A stretch of 64,000 bases of DNA from SAR202 cluster bacterium (GTDB taxonomy: Bacteria; Chloroflexota; Dehalococcoidia; Lucifugimonadales; UBA6927), in the NCBI GenBank assembly GCA_022447855.1, contig JAKUTX010000005.1, positions 4,467 through 68,466 of the forward strand. The letters are read 5' to 3'. The notes beneath the pieces are model-generated. The model was given only the letters and a program-made list of their open reading frames with translations, was not told the origin of the DNA and searched no databases. Below are positions 57,724 to 64,000 of the stretch, piece by piece; positions within the stretch are counted from its first letter, which is position 1; each line of letters opens with the position of its first letter. Position numbers and translations under genes: made by a program.

Positions 57724-58320
57724 ATGATTGGTATAAATCCTGGGTGGTTGTCCGTTCGGAAAGATTTATTTTTGTTGTTGGCAAGTTCAATCCTGATATT
57801 TTCTATGTTTGGATGTTCTTATATTCCTCTATTAAATAATACGGAAGACGCTCCACCTGAAGAAGGCTATTGGCCTGGTAAAGTTTTGGAGATGTATACA
57901 GGTTTGATGGAGGTAACTCCAAGCATTGCATTTCGTGATGAAAATGGTGAAACCAGGGTTTTAACTCCTTCATCTTCAAAGAATGCATTGGTTGCTATTA
58001 ATATGACATTTGTTAATAGAAATACTGTTGTTGTGCCAATGTTAGTAAATGAAAATTCAGTTGAAATTGGCAATCCATACGATGAGCGGTTCAGACCAAT
58101 TGATCCTTTTGAGAATGCAATGTATGCAGATGTCCCAGAAGAAGATTTGAGTCATATTAAGCCATTTTTATGGGGTTCTATGGATTTAGTAAGAGATTTT
58201 CAAATAGAAGGATATTTGATTTTTGAAATTCCGCAAGGTATGCCAATAACAACTCTATGGTGGGAAGAGGTTGATAGTATCGTTGCTTTGCTTTACTTGA
58301 AACCCGATCCCGTGGAGTAA
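57724..58320 (+). CDS. putative lipoprotein (Ig-like, possibly DUF4352-like)
   Basis: 198 aa. Signal peptide with a lipobox-like SMFGC|SY. The family guess is weak. Confidence 0.4.
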   Translation: MIGINPGWLSVRKDLFLLLASSILIFSMFGCSYIPLLNNTEDAPPEEGYWPGKVLEMYTGLMEVTPSIAFRDENGETRVLTPSSSKNALVAINMTFVNRNTVVVPMLVNENSVEIGNPYDERFRPIDPFENAMYADVPEEDLSHIKPFLWGSMDLVRDFQIEGYLIFEIPQGMPITTLWWEEVDSIVALLYLKPDPVE

Positions 58321-58351
58321 GTAGTTATATAGAATTTTGAAAATAATATTT

Positions 58352-58449
58352 GGGAGCGGATAGGCTCGGGTGGGTCTCGCGGACTTCAAATCCGTTGTCT
58401 CCTGACCTTCGTTAGGAGAGGTGGGTTCGACTCCCTCCCGTTCCCGCCA
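58352..58449 (+). tRNA. selC: tRNA-Sec (anticodon UCA), CCA encoded
   Basis: 98 nt. 8-bp acceptor stem (GGGAGCGG / CCGTTCCC), 6-bp D stem with a 4-nt loop (AGGCTC-GGGT-GGGTCT), anticodon loop CTTCAAA (UCA), about 9-bp extra arm (TCTCCTGAC-CTTC-GTTAGGAGA), T loop TTCGACT, discriminator G, then CCA. This is the bacterial tRNA-Sec architecture. Confidence 0.9.
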
Positions 58450-58544
58450 CCGATTACAGCGGATGGCAGTATTTCACAGGGAGTCATACATACTACTTAC
58501 TTCTCGGCATAGATGTCGAGATTAGCCACCATTGCTCAATTATA

Positions 58545-59972
58545 TTACCTCTTAATTGGTCCTCTTCTAAATGTAACAGCTTTGTTTGAAAAATTGGTAT
58601 ATTCATCAAAATCTTGTTTCTTAAAAACCTCAAGAGTTAAAATGTCATCTAATTGATTTTTTGAATTGGATTTCACTTGGTATTTAACGTATAAAAATTC
58701 ATTATCATTGAAATAATTACTCTTTTTTCCAATTCCAACAGAATCATCTCCCGATACGATGAAAAACTTGTTTTGCCCTACTGGACTATCATTATACAAA
58801 GGCTTTCCAATTAATTTATTCATTTTGCTTTCTATCAATATTCCAGAAATATCAGGGTTTTGATCTAAAATTTCCCAAAATGTTTCTTTACTCAAATCAG
58901 CTGTTTTTGTTAGATGAATGATTGACCACTCAGACCCAAAATTCTGATCGAATGCATCTGTAATATCATCTTTAAACCATGTCCCCCATATCTTTCCGAT
59001 TTCATTAATATTTGGTCGACTATCTTCTAAATTAGTAAAAGGATGTGTTCCCTCATCAACCATTTTTTGATAAACAGGTTGGTATTGAGACAAGATGGAA
59101 TTTTTTAGTTCTTCAGTAAAATAATCTAGTGGATTAGCTCTCACGTTCCACCAATGGGTTTTGTTTTCAGTCAGATCAGCGTCAAAACTTCGATCTTCAA
59201 CACCAAAATCAATTACATGATATTCTTCAGGGCGGTTGTTCGAATTATTTCCATCTATGAAATCCCAATCCGTTTTGATGTAACCTATGTGAGTGCCAGC
59301 CTCCAGGACAATTTCTTCAGTTTCAGATTTTTCAACTAGAGATTTGATTTTGTCCAACAACGCTAGATGCATGAAAAATACTGTGACATCTTCTGATACT
59401 CTCATCCATATTTGAGCGTCAAATAACACTTCTTCTTCATTAATGGTGGATTTGCGATCACTATAGATTCGTATACTTCGTTTGTCTAATATTGATTTCA
59501 CTGGCAAAAAAACCTTTATGGGTTCCTTGGAGCATGTAGCGAGATACCATTTTTTTGGACCTTCAGTATGATTTACAACAAAATGGTTGAAATATGGTTG
59601 TATGGAAGGATAAGTTCTACATACTGAATCCTCAGAAAATAATTTTTCAAAATCTACAGGAGTGTGGGTAAATCCAACAAATTCTTCAAATTCATCCTTT
59701 TGTTTTGATGTGGAATCATTCTCGTCGTCATCATGATCATTCTCGTCGTCATCATGATCATTCTCGTCGTCATCATGATCATTCTCGTCGTCATCATGAT
59801 CATTCTCATCGTTATTGTTACTATCTTTTGCATTATTTTTAGGTTCTTCAGTGATTTTAATTTCTTCAACTTCAACTGGATTTGCAGGGTTTAAAGAATT
59901 GTTGTTTCCGCAAGCAATGAACAAAACCAACATAAATGTAATTAATAGTATCTTTATTTTTGCTAGGGTCAT
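58545..59972 (-). CDS. lipoprotein with N-terminal acidic His/Asp heptad repeats; C-terminal domain unrecognised
   Basis: 475 aa. Lipobox VLFIAC|GNN, then (NDHDDDE)x4 flanked by related sequence. The remaining ~380 aa has no motif I recognise. Confidence 0.6.
   Translation of the reverse strand: MTLAKIKILLITFMLVLFIACGNNNSLNPANPVEVEEIKITEEPKNNAKDSNNNDENDHDDDENDHDDDENDHDDDENDHDDDENDSTSKQKDEFEEFVGFTHTPVDFEKLFSEDSVCRTYPSIQPYFNHFVVNHTEGPKKWYLATCSKEPIKVFLPVKSILDKRSIRIYSDRKSTINEEEVLFDAQIWMRVSEDVTVFFMHLALLDKIKSLVEKSETEEIVLEAGTHIGYIKTDWDFIDGNNSNNRPEEYHVIDFGVEDRSFDADLTENKTHWWNVRANPLDYFTEELKNSILSQYQPVYQKMVDEGTHPFTNLEDSRPNINEIGKIWGTWFKDDITDAFDQNFGSEWSIIHLTKTADLSKETFWEILDQNPDISGILIESKMNKLIGKPLYNDSPVGQNKFFIVSGDDSVGIGKKSNYFNDNEFLYVKYQVKSNSKNQLDDILTLEVFKKQDFDEYTNFSNKAVTFRRGPIKR
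59715..59813 (-). repeat. 21-bp perfect tandem repeat x4 plus a degenerate fifth copy, in-frame within the CDS
   Basis: ATCATTCTCGTCGTCATCATG repeated at 59715, 59736, 59757 and 59778 with no mismatches, then ATCATTCTCATCGTT. Encodes NDHDDDE units on the minus strand. Confidence 0.95.
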
Positions 59973-60044
59973 AATTGCAGATTGTACATCGCTTTTTGTA
60001 AAAATTAAATTGTCACGCGTATCAAATACTAATATCTATATTAC

Positions 60045-61286
60045 TTACTTGTCGACAGAGATGTCGGAATTAGTCCCAAAATTTTCCTCTTTTGCTCTAT
60101 GTTGGCTGTATTCTTGGACTGTTAATATTGCTCGTCGTCGAAATATGGCATTGATGACTATACCTATTCCGCCTGCAGTGATCATGACAGGGACTCCAAC
60201 AATGCTTCCAATTCCGCCCATAATGAATCCTCCAAGTGCTGTAAAAGATATGGCCAAGCTGTGCAGGCTAACTGCTCTGCCTCTCAAATTTGGAGGTGCC
60301 ACTAATTGGAGAAGTACGCCTAGGGTGACATCGTAGGCATATAAGAATGCCATAACTGCGCCTGCTAGGAATATTGATAAAGGTAGTGATCGGGAGAGCG
60401 CAAATGCAATGAGGGCAATACCTCCACAAAATGCGTTTAGGAACACTACGCGTGGTTTGTGAAGAGAATCACCTTTCGTAGCCATAAACAACGTCGATAC
60501 AAACATACCAGTCCCTATACCCGCTTGTAGAAATCCCATTCCCAATGCATCCACTTCTAGTACATTTTTAGCCATTACTGGTACCATGATGAGGAACGCA
60601 AACCCCAATGTCTCCATTACAATGCTGAAAGTGAAGAGTATTCTGAGGGATGGATTTGTGGAAGTATATTTGAGCCCTTGTATTGTTTGCCGTAGAAGGT
60701 GACCTGATGAAGAATCGATGCTTCCTTTAATGTTCATGAGTGAGAGGAATGGAAGCGAAATAGCTAAGCTAATTGCAATTAGTGCGTAGGCTGCCCATAG
60801 TCCTGACCATTCAATCAATGCCCCTGCAAGCATCGCACCACCAATCATCATTGGTGTGTTGGATATACGCCAGAGTGAGACTCCGTTCACTAGACGCTCT
60901 GGACCGACAATGTCATAGATGAACCGGTTTACAATAGTAAACCGTGTGGCACGTAGGCCGCCGACGATAAACGCTACTGCTAAAGCCATCCATAGTTCCA
61001 TTACTCCAATGTAGATTGTCACTGACATCAATATGGCAATCGATGTGCTGATTATTCCCTCTGTCATCAGTAGATTTCTACGTTGAAAACGATCAGCGAG
61101 AGTACCAGCTAGGGATGAGAATAGAAACTGTCCGGCGCCTAATAATAGGGCATAGATACCGATCCAAAATTCAGAATCGTTAGATAGCTCCAGTACTAAC
61201 CAGCCGTGTACAGCCATACGTACGGTCATGTCCACTGCTGCAAAGGTGCTGCTTGCATAGAATAGCTTGAATCCTGGCAATTTCAA
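60045..61286 (-). CDS. MFS transporter
   Basis: 413 aa with about 12 hydrophobic helices. MFS-like loop motif (LADRFQRRNLL) between TM2 and TM3. Confidence 0.8.
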   Translation of the reverse strand: MKLPGFKLFYASSTFAAVDMTVRMAVHGWLVLELSNDSEFWIGIYALLLGAGQFLFSSLAGTLADRFQRRNLLMTEGIISTSIAILMSVTIYIGVMELWMALAVAFIVGGLRATRFTIVNRFIYDIVGPERLVNGVSLWRISNTPMMIGGAMLAGALIEWSGLWAAYALIAISLAISLPFLSLMNIKGSIDSSSGHLLRQTIQGLKYTSTNPSLRILFTFSIVMETLGFAFLIMVPVMAKNVLEVDALGMGFLQAGIGTGMFVSTLFMATKGDSLHKPRVVFLNAFCGGIALIAFALSRSLPLSIFLAGAVMAFLYAYDVTLGVLLQLVAPPNLRGRAVSLHSLAISFTALGGFIMGGIGSIVGVPVMITAGGIGIVINAIFRRRAILTVQEYSQHRAKEENFGTNSDISVDK

Positions 61287-61465
61287 TGAAGCTAATAGGT
61301 TTTTTGAAGTAGAATCGTTCAGAAGAAAACCTCCAGTAGAGCTTCACATTATTGAAATTGTATTGAAATGGTAGCAGAAACATTGTTTCTCTTATTTCAT
61401 TCTACAAAATATAGATGTTGACTTGAGGGGTAAGCCTTTATATTTTAATTAACAATAATTTCTTT

Positions 61466-62596
61466 TTAAAACCTTGAAACCCTGAACATTTCTATATCTA
61501 GATCTATTTCAGATTCAGTTACTAATGAAGCAATAATTTCACCGATGACGCTACAAAATTTGAATCCATGCCCTGAAAAACCAGCAGCTATAATTATTTG
61601 AGGGAATTCTGGAATTCTATCTACTATAAAATCCTCATCAGGTGTATTAGTAAACATGCATACTTTCCCATGGATCATTTGATTGTTAGCATCAGGGAAA
61701 TATTCTGAGACACAATTTCGTAGTACTTGTTCGTCTTTTTCCGTGATTAATGAATGATCTAACTCATCAGGATCCACATTCTCAAATAAATGGTGGTATA
61801 AACCAATTTTAAACCCAGGGTATTGGAATTCTGGGAATCCGTAGAAACGTCCTTCTGGAACCAGCATTGTCCAAACAGGAAATTGTTCGGGTAGAAACAT
61901 AGATGACTTTTTTGTGTCAAACCAACCCATTACCTGTCGTTCAGGTATTAGTTTGTTTTGAAAGGAGGGTAAGATTTTGCCTGTCCATGCTCCGGTTGTG
62001 AAAATCAAATTATCAGCTTCATATTCACCTAGATTTGTTCGTATTCTCACACCCCCTTCAGTGGTAGGATTCCAGTCTAGCAATTTTTCATGATAGTGTA
62101 ATTCTGCTCCGAAGCTTGAGGCTAGTTTCACGAAAGATTCAATGGATTTTTCAGGGTTTAAGAAACCCCCATCAGGTTGAAACACCGACAAAATATCCTG
62201 AGGGAGTTTGAATGCAGGAAAACGTTTCGAAATTTCTTTTCCATTTAGGATTTCATGCCTTAAATCATGAAATTCGCAAGATTCTTTGGATCCAATAAAG
62301 ATCTTACTATCCTTGAAGCCTATGTGAATAGATCCAGTGACATGAAGAATTTTTTCACCAGACAGATCTTCCAGGTTTTGCCATAATTTGTAAGCTCGTT
62401 GGACGAGAGGGACATATGATGGATGTTCTGAATATGCTAGCCTTATGATTCTCGAAGCTCCATGAGAAGATCCTAAGTCATGAGCTAGTCCAAATTGTTC
62501 TATGCCCAAAACCTTTTTCCCAGATTTGCTTAATTCAAATAAAGCTGCACTTCCCATACCCCCAATACCGACAACTATTGCATCAAACTTGTTCAT
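61466..62596 (-). CDS. solA: monomeric sarcosine oxidase / N-methyltryptophan oxidase family FAD enzyme
   Basis: FAD-binding FDAIVVGIGGMGSAA and a C-terminal GFSGHGFKF block, typical of the MSOX/MTOX family. The track ORF extends to 62674, but the dinucleotide-binding fold starts right after the internal MNKFD (ATG at 62596). Confidence 0.8.
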   Translation of the reverse strand: MNKFDAIVVGIGGMGSAALFELSKSGKKVLGIEQFGLAHDLGSSHGASRIIRLAYSEHPSYVPLVQRAYKLWQNLEDLSGEKILHVTGSIHIGFKDSKIFIGSKESCEFHDLRHEILNGKEISKRFPAFKLPQDILSVFQPDGGFLNPEKSIESFVKLASSFGAELHYHEKLLDWNPTTEGGVRIRTNLGEYEADNLIFTTGAWTGKILPSFQNKLIPERQVMGWFDTKKSSMFLPEQFPVWTMLVPEGRFYGFPEFQYPGFKIGLYHHLFENVDPDELDHSLITEKDEQVLRNCVSEYFPDANNQMIHGKVCMFTNTPDEDFIVDRIPEFPQIIIAAGFSGHGFKFCSVIGEIIASLVTESEIDLDIEMFRVSRF

Positions 62597-62813
62597 ATTT
62601 TGCCAACTTAAGAATTTCGCATGGTGTGAATATAGATAAGAAAATACTTTTGCAGACTTTGGTTTAATTTTCACTCAATGATTGTCATATTTTACATTCT
62701 GAATTAATTTAATTCTATCTGAAATAGTTAGGCGAACGAAATTTTTACATATAGTGAACGTATTAAAAAATTGAGTTAATATGTTGCATAAAATAGATTC
62801 TGGAGAATACCAA

Positions 62814-64000
62814 ATGGTTAAACCGATTCAAGCCGTTTTGTTAGGTGCAGGTGGGCGAGGGTTATTTACTTTTGGAGATTTTGCCACCCAAAATCCAGAC
62901 CAATTAAAGTTTGTAGCTGTAGCGGAGCCGGATGATTATAGAAGAGAAAAGTTTGCTGAAATTCACGGTATCTCGTCCCAAAATTGTTTTACTTCTTGGG
63001 AAGAATTAATGAAGGTAGATCAGGTTTCGTCGGTATTATTTAATACTACTATGGATAATTCTCATTTTGCATCATCTATGGCTGCTTTAGAAAAGGGATA
63101 TGATGTTGTATTGGAAAAACCTATGGCCCCAACTCCGCAAGAATGTAGTCAATTAGTCGCGAAATCTACACAATTAGGGAAAAAACTAATAATTTTCCAT
63201 GAAATGAGATATACGAAGTTCTTCAAGACGGTTTTTGATATTGTTCAATCTGGTAAATTGGGGGAACTTGTGAATGTGGAACATCGTGAAAATGTTGTCT
63301 TTTGGCATTATGTGCATAGTTTTGTAAGAGGTAATTGGAGAAATACTAAAGATTCAGCTCCATTTATTTTAGCAAAATGCTGTCATGATCTTGATTTGTT
63401 GTATTGGATTATAGGCCATAAAGTAAAGCGATTATCTTCTTTTGGAAGTTTGAAGTATTTTAAGCCATCTAGTGCACCTAGGGAAGATTTACCTGAAAGA
63501 TGTACTGATGGTTGTCCAATTGAAGAGACTTGTATATTTTTTGCACCCAGATTATATTCTGGTCCTGCGAAAAAGTGGCGTAGAATTCTTGAATTCGGTG
63601 AAGATACTGCAAAGAAATCTTTAGATGAAATTCTAAAGGTAAGTGATTATGGTAGATGCGCTTATAAATGTGATAATAATGTTGTTGATAACCAAGTAGT
63701 GAATTTGCAATTTGAAAATGGGATTTTAGCAAATTTTGTTACTACCGCATTTGCAAATGAACCGAGTAGGTATGTGAGATTAGATGGTACTAAAGGAACA
63801 TTAATAGGAGAACTATCTGGCACTAATTCACAATTGATTGTTAGTGATCATCTCAGTGGGAATGAGGAGTCGATAGATTTGGAAACAAAGTATGACGAAG
63901 GACAACATGGTGGTGGTGATTCCGAAATGTTGTTTGATATTGTTAACAATTTAAAGGTGGATCAGTCAATTGTTCATTCTGTGGAAGATGCATTGGAAAG
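62814..64000 (+). CDS. Gfo/Idh/MocA-family oxidoreductase (3' end beyond window)
   Basis: Not in ORF track because there is no stop in the window. My translation: MVKPIQAVLLGAGGRGLFTFGDFATQNPDQLKFVAVAEPDD..GYDVVLEKPMAP..ENVVFWHYVHSFVRGNWRN..AKCCHDLDLLYWI.. Open to 64000. Rossmann GAGGRG and EKP motifs; GGAG RBS at 62802. An alternative in-frame ATG lies at 62781. Confidence 0.8.
   Translation, partial: MVKPIQAVLLGAGGRGLFTFGDFATQNPDQLKFVAVAEPDDYRREKFAEIHGISSQNCFTSWEELMKVDQVSSVLFNTTMDNSHFASSMAALEKGYDVVLEKPMAPTPQECSQLVAKSTQLGKKLIIFHEMRYTKFFKTVFDIVQSGKLGELVNVEHRENVVFWHYVHSFVRGNWRNTKDSAPFILAKCCHDLDLLYWIIGHKVKRLSSFGSLKYFKPSSAPREDLPERCTDGCPIEETCIFFAPRLYSGPAKKWRRILEFGEDTAKKSLDEILKVSDYGRCAYKCDNNVVDNQVVNLQFENGILANFVTTAFANEPSRYVRLDGTKGTLIGELSGTNSQLIVSDHLSGNEESIDLETKYDEGQHGGGDSEMLFDIVNNLKVDQSIVHSVEDALE

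Noticed and set aside
58450-58545. Hairpin CTCGGC-ATAGAT-GTCGAG after tRNA-Sec as a terminator
   Set aside because: It has only a 6-bp stem with a G:U pair and no following T-tract on either strand, which is too weak to annotate.
59654-59875. 73-aa ORF (MMTTRMI repeats), and whether the 21-bp repeats could be a CRISPR array
   Set aside because: The repeats are contiguous with no spacers, only 21 bp long, and in frame within a 475-aa lipoprotein gene. The 73-aa ORF is simply another frame of the same repeat.
1089-60336. Numerous 60-175-aa ORFs antisense to or nested in larger genes (e.g. 1089..1430, 1717..2025, 3575..3925, 24278..24631, 27391..27837, 37483..37920, 42542..42970, 49104..49451, 59815..60336)
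   Set aside because: Each overlaps a longer ORF with clear family motifs on the other strand or in another frame. Their sequences are low-complexity with no motifs, so I treat them as non-coding shadows.
61466-62674. Full 402-aa version of the sarcosine-oxidase-family ORF
   Set aside because: The first 26 codons precede the FAD-binding beta-alpha-beta motif and look like read-through of the upstream region. The internal ATG at 62596 (MNKFDAIVVGIGG) gives the normal family N-terminus. The true start remains unverified.

Overview
AT-rich (by eye mid-30s %GC, not computed), densely coding bacterial chromosomal window: about 60 protein genes and 3 tRNAs. I recognised no rRNA, CRISPR array, transposase, integrase or phage genes. 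Two genes run off the window edges and are missing from the ORF track: dnaX (1..393, -) and a Gfo/Idh/MocA oxidoreductase (62814..64000, +). Housekeeping content: ybeY, hflKC, thiL, apt, bioY, nhaA, argS, dcd, thyX-like, aspA-like, ltaE, rarA, coaE, a nifS-like gene and a CCA-adding enzyme. The clearest result is a selenocysteine toolkit. selD is itself a selenoprotein: an in-frame UGA at codon 17 is followed by a hairpin, and the ORF track truncates the gene. selA and a canonical tRNA-Sec (UCA anticodon, 8-bp acceptor stem, 6-bp D stem, long extra arm) are also present; selB is not in the window. Accessory-looking content: (i) an ~11 kb cytoplasmic catabolic island (13.6-24.2 kb) with three enolase-superfamily paralogues, two cupins, a leaderless Cys-type sulfatase, an esterase, a lactonase, an epimerase and a quinone oxidoreductase, with two tRNAs embedded. 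(ii) A leaderless DUF1800-DUF1501-NHL trio plus a second solo DUF1501. (iii) A coaE-linked CbbQ/NorQ-type AAA+ ATPase with a 1084-aa NorD/CbbO-like VWA partner and no visible client enzyme; this is my best candidate for an uncharacterised system. (iv) A dTMP-synthesis cluster with two divergent dCTP-deaminase-fold genes flanking a double-length ThyX. (v) An ABC/ABC-2/GldG/DUF4340 module. (vi) Several orphan proteins, including a lipoprotein with a perfect 21-bp x4 tandem repeat encoding NDHDDDE. The gene content (enolase paralogues, sulfatase, DUF1501/DUF1800, Sec usage) resembles marine heterotrophs such as SAR202-type Chloroflexota, but taxonomy cannot be established from this window. All family calls come from motif recognition by eye; no searches were run.
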